From NCBI GenBank assembly GCA_944388265.1, contig CALXIC010000067.1, forward strand, positions 1 to 36,281: a stretch of 36,281 bases of DNA, given 5' to 3'. The notes under the pieces were generated by a model. That model was not told where the DNA came from. It saw nothing but the letters and a program-made list of their open reading frames with translations, and searched no databases. A program made the translations under genes and the position numbers. Source of the DNA: an uncultured Clostridia bacterium (GTDB lineage: Bacteria > Bacillota > Clostridia > Oscillospirales > Ruminococcaceae). Positions 26,889-36,281 of the stretch are shown piece by piece; positions within the stretch are counted from its first letter, which is position 1, and every line of letters begins with the position of its first letter.

Positions 26889-27572
26889 TTATTTTCCTCG
26901 GTTTCGGTTGGACGCCATTTGATGTACCTGGCGGTTGTGTTTGCGGATGACGGCCGGATCGGTGATGCGCACTGCATCGATTACCTTGCTGATTTCCATG
27001 GGATTCGCGTTGCTGCGCGCGTGAAAGGACGATTGCTTGAGGAATGCGTCCAAGCGATCCAACGTGATGACCGGCAAATTTTTGGGAATATTTAAATAGA
27101 TGTCTTTTGCCGAAAAAACAACCAAACCGGAAACCAAAACGTTTTTGAGACCGGCTTTGCGCAGATGGTGCGTCAGACAGTCAGTGTGCGCTTTGTTTTG
27201 CATCAGCGGGTTGTACACGCGGTTTTGTTTGCTGCCGATTTCCTGTTTCCAGTAGTCTTGGCGTTCGTCTCCGTAAAGCACGCCGGAAATGTGCTTGGTT
27301 TCAATGACCAGTACGCCGAAATCGCCGATCAGCAGATGGTCAATCTGGGTCGTTTTATCGTAAAGCGGAAGATAGACGTTGTTTTTGACGATCCATCCAT
27401 AACGAGCGGCGATTTTTTTCAAGCGGGATGCAACGGCAAGTTCTCCGCTTTTGCCGAGGGCGTCGGTAGCCGATTCTTTTTGTTTTTTGTGCAGCAGATA
27501 AAAAATCACATAAAGGATCATCGCTGCGATGATAACCGATGCCACAATCGTATAGAGCATTTGTTGTTCCAT
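26889..27572 (-). CDS. NERD (nuclease-related) domain protein with an N-terminal TM anchor
   Basis: 227 aa. It has a TM helix (YTIVASVIIAAMILYVIFYLL) and a NERD-like core (GELAVASRL...QIDHLLIGDFGVLVIETKHISG...NPLMQN). AGGAGG RBS precedes the ATG at 27572. Confidence 0.75.
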   Translation of the reverse strand: MEQQMLYTIVASVIIAAMILYVIFYLLHKKQKESATDALGKSGELAVASRLKKIAARYGWIVKNNVYLPLYDKTTQIDHLLIGDFGVLVIETKHISGVLYGDERQDYWKQEIGSKQNRVYNPLMQNKAHTDCLTHHLRKAGLKNVLVSGLVVFSAKDIYLNIPKNLPVITLDRLDAFLKQSSFHARSNANPMEISKVIDAVRITDPAVIRKHNRQVHQMASNRNRGK

Positions 27573-27678
27573 GAAGTTTCCTCCTTTTTCTTCTATTATT
27601 TTAACGGCAATGGAATAAGATTGCAATTTGCGGTACATAATATTCATGAAAAATTTTCAAACACAGGAGGATCTCCAT

Positions 27679-27879
27679 ATGTGGGATAAAATTGCTTTGG
27701 CATTGGTCATCATTGGTGCGCTCAACTGGGGACTGATCGGCATTTTTTCGTTCGATTTGGTCGCCTGGATTAGCGGTGGTTCTACGGCTTGGCTGGCGCG
27801 CATTATCTATACACTGGTTGGCCTGGCTGGTTTGTGGTGCATTTCTCTGCTGTTTCGGCGGGATGCGCTGGATAGCTGA
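27679..27879 (+). CDS. DUF378 family small membrane protein (YuzA-like)
   Basis: 66 aa with IALALVIIGALNWGLIGIFSFDLVAWI, the DUF378 signature. AGGAGG RBS lies 8 nt upstream. Confidence 0.8.
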   Translation: MWDKIALALVIIGALNWGLIGIFSFDLVAWISGGSTAWLARIIYTLVGLAGLWCISLLFRRDALDS

Positions 27880-27886
27880 TGCAAAT

Positions 27887-27917
27887 AAAAAATGCCGGAC
27901 CAATGGTCCGGCATTTT
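27887..27917. terminator. Bidirectional rho-independent terminator
   Basis: The hairpin AAAAAATGCCGGACC-AAT-GGTCCGGCATTTTT lies between the convergent DUF378 gene and ackA. Confidence 0.85.
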
Positions 27918-27926
27918 TCTTGATTC

Positions 27927-29132
27927 TTACAGTTTGCTGACAACCGACTGCGTGTCCTGTGCAATCGCCAGTTCTTCGTTGGTCGGAATGCAGTAAACTT
28001 TGACTTTGGAGTCTTCGGTGGAAAGCAGCGCTTCCGCACCGTGGGTAGCGGCGTTGACTTCGTCGTTCAGTTTGACGCCAAGCAGCTCCAAACCGTCGCA
28101 AATACGCTGACGGATGTCGCTCTGGTTTTCGCCAAGGCCTGCGGTGAAGACGATCGCGTCTACACGGCCCAGCGCCATCGCGAATGCGCCGATGAACTTC
28201 TGAATCTGGTAAACCAGCATTTCATGAGCCAGATGTGCGCGCGGATTGCCTGCTTTTTCAGCAGCAGCAACGTCGCGGTCATCGCTCGAAACGCCCGAAA
28301 TGCCCAAAAGACCGGATTTCTTGTTGAAGAGGGTATCCATTTCTTCTGCGCTCAGGTTTTCCTGTTTTTCAATGAAGGTAACGACCGACGGGTCCAGCGC
28401 CCCGGTGCGGGTGCCCATCATGAAACCGTCCAGCGGGGTGAGACCCATGGTGGTATCGATGCATTTTCCGCCGTCCACTGCGGTGATGGAAGAACCGTTG
28501 CCGATGTGGCAGGTGATGATCTTCGTGTCTTTTGCGTCTTTACCCAGCAGTTCGATGCAGCGTTTGGAAACGAAGCGGTGCGAAGTGCCGTGTGCGCCGT
28601 AGCGGCGGATGTTGTATTTGGTGTAATATTCGTACGGAATCGCGTACATATAGGCTTTCGGCGGCATGGTGGAATGGAACGCCGTGTCAAATACGGCAAC
28701 CTGCGGAACGTCTTTGCCGAGCACTTCCTGGCAGGCTTTGATGCCCTGCACGTGCGCCGGGTTGTGGAGCGGAGCAAGCGCGCCCAGTTCTGCGATGCCC
28801 TGCAGCACTTCGTCGTTGATGAGTTCCGGTTCACAGAAGCGCGAGCCGCCCTGCACCACACGGTGGCCGACTGCCGAGATTTCGCTCAGCTCTTTGATGA
28901 CGCCGACTTCCGGATCCAGCAGCGCTTTGATGACGCGGTTGAATGCGTGGGTGTGGTTGGGGGAGGGTTCTTTGTCGCCGTAGGATCTGCCGTCGGCAGT
29001 TTTGTGAGAGAAGTTGCCTTCTTCCAAGCCGATTCGTTCGACGTTGCCTTTCGCGACCATCTGTTCGGTTTCCATATCAATCAGCTGATATTTGAGCGAA
29101 GAACTGCCGCAGTTGATGACGAGTACTTTCAT
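27927..29132 (-). CDS. ackA: Acetate kinase
   Basis: 401 aa with MKVLVINCGSSSLKYQL, GHRVVQGG, AFHSTMP, YGAHGTSH and VFTAGLGEN. The long upstream ORF extension to 29546 has no support. Confidence 0.95.
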   Translation of the reverse strand: MKVLVINCGSSSLKYQLIDMETEQMVAKGNVERIGLEEGNFSHKTADGRSYGDKEPSPNHTHAFNRVIKALLDPEVGVIKELSEISAVGHRVVQGGSRFCEPELINDEVLQGIAELGALAPLHNPAHVQGIKACQEVLGKDVPQVAVFDTAFHSTMPPKAYMYAIPYEYYTKYNIRRYGAHGTSHRFVSKRCIELLGKDAKDTKIITCHIGNGSSITAVDGGKCIDTTMGLTPLDGFMMGTRTGALDPSVVTFIEKQENLSAEEMDTLFNKKSGLLGISGVSSDDRDVAAAEKAGNPRAHLAHEMLVYQIQKFIGAFAMALGRVDAIVFTAGLGENQSDIRQRICDGLELLGVKLNDEVNAATHGAEALLSTEDSKVKVYCIPTNEELAIAQDTQSVVSKL

Positions 29133-29185
29133 GTTTTTACATCCTTCCAATGATTCTTTGTTTGCGGAATATCCGGTTTGTGCGC

Positions 29186-29213
29186 TTGACAGCGCAAGCC
29201 GACCGCGTATAAT
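29186..29213 (+). promoter_or_regulatory. Sigma-A type promoter (TTGACA-16 nt-TATAAT) for tmcAL
   Basis: TTGACA at 29186..29191 and TATAAT at 29208..29213, within the ackA/tmcAL divergent region. Confidence 0.5.
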
Positions 29214-29275
29214 AAAATAATAATACTTCGCTTGCAATTTTGCAAGTATTTTTCCAAAAAAGCAGGAGGTTGACG

Positions 29276-30466
29276 ATGAAACTTGGCGGTGTGATTGCGG
29301 AATACAATCCCTTTCATCTGGGACACGAATGGCAGCTGCGGCAGATGCGCGAAGCGGGCGTGACCCATTTGGCGGTGGTGATGAGCGGCAATTATGTGCA
29401 GCGGGGCGAACCGGCGATTTATTCCAAGTGGGTGCGCGCACGTGCCGCGGTGGAAAGCGGCGCCGATTTGGTCGTGGAATTGCCGACTCCTCACGCCATG
29501 GCGCCGGCTGCCGATTTTGCACGCGCCGGGGTAGCGGCGCTGGCAAGGCTTGGCGTGGACGAATTGTGGTTTGGGAGCGAATGCGGCGATCTGGAAGCGC
29601 TCAAAGAAACGCTCGAACTTTGCATCTTCGCCGAACAAAACGAGGCACTGCAGCAGACATTGGCGGAAGGCAACGGTTTTCCCAAAGCACGGGAACTGGT
29701 GTTGCAGAAGTTATTCGGCGACGACCGGCTGGATATTCTGCGCGGCCCCAATAATCTGCTGGGACTGGAATATCTGCGCGCGGCGCAGTCTTCCGGTACG
29801 CGCATGATGTGCAAAACGCATACCCGCCAAGGTGCCCAGCACGACGGCAGCCCGGAAGGGGATTTTGCATCCGCTTCCTGGATTCGGGAACAGATTCGCA
29901 CCAATGGGCTGGATGCGGCAAAGGCGTATTTGCCGGTGCGCGCCTATCGGCTGGATCATGCAGAGGAGCTTTCGGGCAGCGGCCCGACGGATGCGAAGAA
30001 ATTGGATTTGCTGCTCTTGGGGGCGCTTTCCCAAACGGATGAAGAAACCCTTCTTTCCATTGCCGGTGTCGGCGAAGGACTGGAAAACCGTATATTAAAG
30101 GAAACGGCCACCTGCCAAACGCTGGAAGAATGCGTGACGGCGATTTCCAGCCGCCGGTATACCAAGGCGCGGATTCGGCGCATTTTGATGAATTTGCTTT
30201 TGGGAATCCGTGCGGGCGAATACCCCAAAACGCCGCAGTATCTGCGCATTCTGGCGATGAACGAACGCGGGATGGAAATTTTGCGGCATGCCAAAAGCCT
30301 CGACACCATGCCGGTGCTGCCAAAATTCGCCGATTTGGTGAAAAAAGGGTATTCGGAAGCCAAACTGGAAGTGCGCGCAACCGATCTCTATGGAATCATG
30401 CAGCCGTCGCCGCAGCCGCGCGGACGGGAATTTACCGAACAGGTCGCGGTGCTGCACCGCGATTAA
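29276..30466 (+). CDS. tmcAL: tRNA(Met) cytidine acetate ligase (YlbM/TmcAL, UPF0348 nucleotidyltransferase)
   Basis: 396 aa. The N-terminus (GVIAEYNPFHLGHEWQL...AVVMSGNYVQRGEPAIYSKWVRA...DLVVELP) is collinear with B. subtilis YlbM. AGGAGG RBS is present. Confidence 0.85.
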   Translation: MKLGGVIAEYNPFHLGHEWQLRQMREAGVTHLAVVMSGNYVQRGEPAIYSKWVRARAAVESGADLVVELPTPHAMAPAADFARAGVAALARLGVDELWFGSECGDLEALKETLELCIFAEQNEALQQTLAEGNGFPKARELVLQKLFGDDRLDILRGPNNLLGLEYLRAAQSSGTRMMCKTHTRQGAQHDGSPEGDFASASWIREQIRTNGLDAAKAYLPVRAYRLDHAEELSGSGPTDAKKLDLLLLGALSQTDEETLLSIAGVGEGLENRILKETATCQTLEECVTAISSRRYTKARIRRILMNLLLGIRAGEYPKTPQYLRILAMNERGMEILRHAKSLDTMPVLPKFADLVKKGYSEAKLEVRATDLYGIMQPSPQPRGREFTEQVAVLHRD

Positions 30467-30505
30467 AAATACCGCCGAAACCAAATGGTTTCGGCGGTAT
30501 TTTTT
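30466..30505 (+). terminator. Rho-independent terminator
   Basis: The hairpin AAAATACCGCCGAAACC-AAA-TGGTTTCGGCGGTATTTTTT. Confidence 0.85.
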
Positions 30506-30694
30506 CGAGAAACAGCGGCTTTTTTCAGGATGTTTAGAAATCTGAATAGTTTCTGATGAATTCTTAAAAACCCGGATTTTAGGGAAAAATTGTGATAAGA
30601 TAAAACTGGATTCAAGAGATGCAGCGAAAGTGCGGATGCTTGAAAAGCTTCTCGTCCGCTGCTTTCGTTTGATGGATAGAAAGAAGGCGTTATC

Positions 30695-32182
30695 ATGAAA
30701 TTGTCCGCTTTGCTCGAAGGGATTTCCTACTTTTGGATGCAGCAGTCCGGGGATCCGGATTGCACGCAGATTTGTTTTGACAGCCGCAAGGTGCAGCCCG
30801 GGGCGTTGTTCGTCTGCATCAAGGGCGAATTTTCGGATGGACACCGGTATGTGGAGGAAGCCATTCGTGCCGGCGCCTGCGCGATTGTGTGCGACGGCGT
30901 GTTTTCCCTTGCACAGGTTCCGTCCAGAGTGGCGGTTGTGCGCGTAGCCAAGGCGAGACAGGCGCTGGCAGTGCTGGCGGCAAACTTTTATCACCATGCC
31001 GACCGCCGGTTAAAACTCATCGGGGTCACCGGCACCAACGGCAAAAGCACCAGTGTGACGTTTTTGTAGTCGATTTTGCAGCAGGCCGGAAAGAAAACCG
31101 GCTTGATCGGCACCATTGAAAACGATACCGGAAAACGCCGCTTCCCCTCCGGCATGACCACGCCGGAAGCGACGGATCTTCAGCAGCTGTTTGCGGAAAT
31201 GGTGGACGCCGGCTGTGAATACTGCGTGATGGAGGTTTCTTCCCATGCTTTGGCGCAGGACCGCGTCTATGGGCTTACATTTGAAGTAGGGATTTTCACG
31301 AATCTCACCCACGATCATTTGAAATTTCACCGCACCTTTGAGCAGTATTATCAGGCCAAGTACCAGCTGATGCGTCAAAGCAAACATTGCGTGGTGCAGG
31401 TGGACGACCTTTACGGCCGCCGGATGGTCAACGAACTGCGGGAAGAGGGCGCTTCGCTCACAACGGCGGCACTCGATCACCAAGCGCATTTTCAGGGCAG
31501 CGGTGTGGTGATGGAACAAACCGGAAGCAGCTTTTTCTGCAACGGGGAAGCGTATTCCATCCGCATGCCCGGACGGTTTAACGTTTCCAATGCGCTGGGA
31601 TGTATTGCGGCGGCTCGGCTGCTAAACATTCCGGCTCCCGTCATTCGTGCAGGGATTGCCGACGTGCAGGTCGCCGGACGGATGGAACGGGTCTTTTCCG
31701 GACAGTTTCCGTTTGAAATCTTCATCGATTTTGCGCATACGCCCGACGGATTGCAAAAAGCGCTGGAAACGGTTCGCCTGTTTACCGAAGGCCGCGTGAT
31801 TGCGGTTTACGGAAGCGGGGGCGATCCCGATCCAGAAAAACGGGTCGAAATGGGACGAATCGGCACAGCATTTGCAGACATTGCGGTCTTTACCTCGGAC
31901 AACCCCAAAGACGAAAATCCGATGCAGATCCTGTATCAGATGGCATCGGGAGCGGAAACGAAGAACTATCAGCTGATTCCCGATCGTGCGGAAGCGATTG
32001 CCTGGGCGATTGCAAATGCCCGTCCCGGAGATACCGTATTGCTGGCGGGAAAGGGTCACGAAACCTATCAGTGGACCAAAGAAGGCCGTGAACCGTTCAG
32101 TGAACGCGAACAGATTGCCTCCTGCCTGCGTCCCAACCGCGTGTTTCCGTGGTTCTTCCACAAAAAGAAATTATACAATTAG
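30695..32182 (+). CDS. murE: UDP-N-acetylmuramoyl-L-alanyl-D-glutamate--2,6-diaminopimelate ligase (MurE), interrupted by one in-frame TAG at 31067..31069
   Basis: ORFs 30695..31069 and 31076..32182 are in the same frame. The sequence reads GVTGTNGKSTSVTFL-TAG-SILQQAGKKTGLIGT, followed by MEVSSHAL, FTNLTHDHL, DFAHTPD, SDNPK and GKGHETYQ. At 496 codons the total length is normal for MurE. The gene also terminates with TAG. Confidence 0.9.
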
Positions 32183-32199
32183 TATAATACAGATCGTAT

Positions 32200-32230
32200 A
32201 AAAAAGCGCCGTGAAAAACGGCGCTTTTTT
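32200..32230. terminator. Bidirectional rho-independent terminator
   Basis: The hairpin AAAAAAGCGCCG-TGAAAAA-CGGCGCTTTTTT. Confidence 0.85.
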
Positions 32231-32257
32231 GATAGGTTTGATTTTGTTTGATGGGAC

Positions 32258-32773
32258 TTAAATCATATCTTTGCGCAGATGCACTTTTGCCGGAAGCAGC
32301 TTGTCGGTCAGCAGGTTTCTGGTTTCCAGTGCGGTATCGCTGGAAACATCCCGCTTGGGCAGTACCAATACGCGTCCCGATTCCAGATAGAGGTAGAAAA
32401 ATTCTTTGGATTCTCTGGCGGAGTCCACGTCCTCCCATTCGTAATGATCGAATTTTCCGTTTCTCGCACAGACCACCTGTTCGTCGGACAATAAAATGCG
32501 CTGCCGCACGTTTTTCGGCAGTTTGGGATCTTTTGCCGCTGAATTGATTTTTTTGGCGGTGGACACCACAAAATAAATGGGGTAGGCCAGGCAAAGCAGA
32601 AATAAAACGCTCAGCGTATTGAGCGCGTGAATCCAAATGAGTCCCACAATGCCGATGAGCACAATTAAAATCAATAACGGCACGGTAAAGCGCATACGAA
32701 AATACGCGTTGTAGGTCATGGCTTTTTTCAAATCCTGTGGGGTAAAGTCGCTTTCATAGCAGAGATCTTTCAT
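32258..32773 (-). CDS. YcxB-like membrane protein (2 TM segments plus a C-terminal YcxB-type domain)
   Basis: 171 aa from the ATG at 32773. It has two hydrophobic helices, then a soluble tail (FFYLYLESGRVLVLPKRD) resembling YcxB-like proteins. The family call is tentative. Confidence 0.5.
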   Translation of the reverse strand: MKDLCYESDFTPQDLKKAMTYNAYFRMRFTVPLLILIVLIGIVGLIWIHALNTLSVLFLLCLAYPIYFVVSTAKKINSAAKDPKLPKNVRQRILLSDEQVVCARNGKFDHYEWEDVDSARESKEFFYLYLESGRVLVLPKRDVSSDTALETRNLLTDKLLPAKVHLRKDMI

Positions 32774-32929
32774 CGGCGTGTCATCCTTTCTGCACAAAAT
32801 GAGCCGCTTGTGTAACCTTAATATAGCATGAATGGACAAAAAAAGCAACGAAAGAGGGAGTGTTTTTTACTGTCAAAAAATCCCCGAGGTTTATTCAGAA
32901 ATCATTTACATTTTTATGGAAAAACGCAC

Positions 32930-32958
32930 TTGACAATCCATTTTGAGAGTGTTAAAGT
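32930..32958 (+). promoter_or_regulatory. Sigma-A type promoter of the hrcA operon (TTGACA-17 nt-TAAAGT)
   Basis: TTGACA at 32930..32935 and TAAAGT at 32953..32958, immediately upstream of CIRCE. Confidence 0.6.
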
Positions 32959-32962
32959 ATAT

Positions 32963-32989
32963 TTAGCACTCAGAGATGAAGAGTGCTAA
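32963..32989 (+). promoter_or_regulatory. CIRCE operator (HrcA binding site)
   Basis: TTAGCACTC-N9-GAGTGCTAA is a perfect match to the CIRCE consensus. It lies 46 nt upstream of hrcA. Confidence 0.95.
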
Positions 32990-33034
32990 AACGATGCAGG
33001 TCTTTCAACACATACAGAAAGGAGGCAATGGCAG

Positions 33035-34084
33035 ATGGATCTGGACAAACGGAAACTTCGTGTTCTGAAAGCAGTGGTCGACGCGTACATTCGTACCGGC
33101 GAGCCGGTGGGTTCCAAAGCGGTCATTGCCTATTCCGATCTGAATGTTTCTTCGGCAACGATTCGAAACGATATGGCGGCGCTGGAAAAAATGGGATTTT
33201 TGGAACAGCCGCATACGTCGGCCGGACGCATCCCGTCCTATCTGGGCTATCGGTTTTATATTCAAAAGCTGATGAGTCCGCAGATTTTGTCCGACCGCCA
33301 GAAACAGGAATTGGACGAACGCCTCAGCGTCGGCGATACGATGGAAACCGTGGTGGAAAATGCGGCGGAAGTCTTGTCCGATGTGACCGGTTTGGCCGTG
33401 GTGAATAAAACCAACCTGTTAAACTTTTCGGTGATTACCAAAGTGGAAGTCATCCCCGCCGGGCGCCGGCTGTACGCGCTTTTGATGATTACTTCGACCG
33501 GGTCGATGAAAAATAAGCTGTGCCGGCTGAAGATGGATCTTTCCGATGAACAGCTGCGCTGCTTTGCGGATTGTCTGAGTAAGAATCTGGTGGGCATCAA
33601 CGTTGGGGAACTCACACCCGGCAGACTCCAAAATATGGCGATCGCGCTGGGCAGCTATATGATGGCGCTTTCCCCGCTGTTGTATACCGTCTATCAGCTG
33701 GGCGAGGAGCTTGGCCGCGAGGATGTCAACATTCGCGGAGAGCAGCATCTCTTGGCGAACAAGGGCTTCAACACCGAAGAAATGGTGCGCTTTATCAGCG
33801 GACGGCAGGAAATCGCCAATCTGTTAAACGGTGCGTTCGGCGGCATTCGGGTGTTGTTTGGAAAAGAGGACGACAGCTTTGCCGTATCCAATTCGTCGAT
33901 GATTGTAACCCCTTATATGATCGGCAATGAACCGGGCGGATCGTTTGGAATTATCGGACCGTTGAGACTGGATTACGCCAAGATGATTCCTTATGTGCAG
34001 TATTTTTCCGAACGCCTCAACAAGCAGCTTGACAGCGTATTGGAAAAAGAAGCGCCGAATGAATTGGAAAGGGAGAATTCTTAA
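33035..34084 (+). CDS. hrcA: Heat-inducible transcription repressor HrcA
   Basis: 349 aa. The N-terminus (RKLRVLKAVVDAYIRTGEPVGSKAV...VSSATIRNDMAALE) is typical of HrcA. The gene sits in CIRCE-hrcA-grpE-dnaK context. Confidence 0.95.
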   Translation: MDLDKRKLRVLKAVVDAYIRTGEPVGSKAVIAYSDLNVSSATIRNDMAALEKMGFLEQPHTSAGRIPSYLGYRFYIQKLMSPQILSDRQKQELDERLSVGDTMETVVENAAEVLSDVTGLAVVNKTNLLNFSVITKVEVIPAGRRLYALLMITSTGSMKNKLCRLKMDLSDEQLRCFADCLSKNLVGINVGELTPGRLQNMAIALGSYMMALSPLLYTVYQLGEELGREDVNIRGEQHLLANKGFNTEEMVRFISGRQEIANLLNGAFGGIRVLFGKEDDSFAVSNSSMIVTPYMIGNEPGGSFGIIGPLRLDYAKMIPYVQYFSERLNKQLDSVLEKEAPNELERENS

Positions 34085-34086
34085 AT

Positions 34087-34626
34087 ATGGATACCAAAGA
34101 AACGAAAGAACAGGAATTGAAGCAGGAAGAGACCGCTGCGGCAGAACAGCCGAAGGAAGAAAAAGAAGCGGCGCCTTCTCTGGAAGAACAGCTTCAGAAA
34201 CTGGAAGAGGAAAACAAACAGCTTCAGGACCGCATCCTTCGCCAGATGGCGGAGTTTGACAACTACCGCAAGCGCACCTCGAAAGAAAAAGAGGAGCTGA
34301 CCGGTTTTGTCAAAGCCAGCTGTGCGGAACCGATCATTACGCTGATGGACAATTTTGAACGCGCACTCAAAAATGAATGCAGCGACGAAGCGTATAAGAC
34401 CGGGATTGAGATGCTATATCAGCAGTTCTGCGCGGCCTTGACCAAATTGGGCATCGAGGAGATTGAAGCAGAAGGAAAACCGTTTGATCCGGCGTTCCAC
34501 CACGCCGTCAGCCAGATTCAGGATGAAAATCTGGGGGAAAATGTGGTGAGCACCGTTTATCAAAAAGGATATAAACTCGGCGATCACGTGGTGCGTCATG
34601 CCATGGTGGTGGTCGCGAATCCCTAA
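34087..34626 (+). CDS. grpE: Nucleotide exchange factor GrpE
   Basis: 179 aa with an acidic N-terminal coil, NYRKRT, and the C-terminal GKPFDPAFHHAV...GYKLGDHVVRHAMV. Confidence 0.93.
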   Translation: MDTKETKEQELKQEETAAAEQPKEEKEAAPSLEEQLQKLEEENKQLQDRILRQMAEFDNYRKRTSKEKEELTGFVKASCAEPIITLMDNFERALKNECSDEAYKTGIEMLYQQFCAALTKLGIEEIEAEGKPFDPAFHHAVSQIQDENLGENVVSTVYQKGYKLGDHVVRHAMVVVANP

Positions 34627-34681
34627 CACAATCGCTAGCAAGACAAATCAACGATAAAAAGAAACCTTTGGAGGAATTGTT

Positions 34682-36281
<1,600 letters not shown>

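Noticed and set aside
29133-29546. 138-codon upstream extension of the ackA ORF
   Set aside because: The canonical acetate kinase N-terminus MKVLVINCGSSSLKY begins at 29132 with an RBS. The extension overlaps tmcAL and the divergent promoters.
30506-30694. Possible attenuator or riboswitch-like leader upstream of murE. It shows mutually exclusive pairings GCAGCG/CGCTGC and GCGGA/TCCGC around 30637..30680, followed by TTTCGTTTG.
   Set aside because: The stems are short (5-6 bp). It matches no riboswitch class I recognise, and I cannot locate a convincing promoter. Without covariation data it is not reportable as a feature.

Overview
This 36.3 kb window is mostly chromosomal housekeeping DNA from a Gram-positive, Clostridia-like bacterium. 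Supporting signs are GGAGG-type ribosome binding sites, a perfect CIRCE element in front of hrcA-grpE-dnaK, lon-engB synteny and many hairpin+T-run terminators. I saw no tRNA, rRNA, CRISPR array, transposase or integrase. Gene content, left to right:
- A tetR-RND-MATE efflux cluster, then lon and engB.
- A diaminopimelate (DAP) decarboxylase-family gene.
- A minus-strand accessory-looking locus: permease, then trxB-trxA-assT, which encodes a cytoplasmic aryl-sulfate sulfotransferase. Beside it sit a Crp/Fnr-family regulator and an orotate phosphoribosyltransferase (OPRT)-like gene.
- fucO, then a small membrane-protein operon (TVP38, PAP2, COG2426, YfbR-like).
- A galactofuranose-type glycan module: priming sugar transferase, family 2 glycosyltransferase (GT2) and glf.
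- A CNNM/HlyC-family gene, a NERD-domain gene with a coupled micro-ORF, a DUF378 gene, ackA divergent from tmcAL, murE, a YcxB-like gene, and hrcA-grpE-dnaK (dnaK truncated by the window end).

The most unusual observation is that two otherwise intact, full-length conserved genes are each interrupted by exactly one in-frame TAG: murE at 31067..31069 and the DAP decarboxylase-family gene at 10221..10223. Only 2 of the 31 terminal stop codons in the window are TAG. This points to amber read-through or suppression, to recent C->T nonsense mutations, or to base-call errors. It cannot be resolved from this window alone.

Other points worth a second look:
- An RND permease carries a ~330-aa coiled-coil insertion and has no partner membrane-fusion gene nearby.
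- A non-canonical thioredoxin / thioredoxin reductase pair is co-operonic with a signal-less aryl-sulfate sulfotransferase (ASST-family) enzyme.
- Several long perfect palindromes and repeated motifs lie in the promoters around the Crp/Fnr-family regulator.
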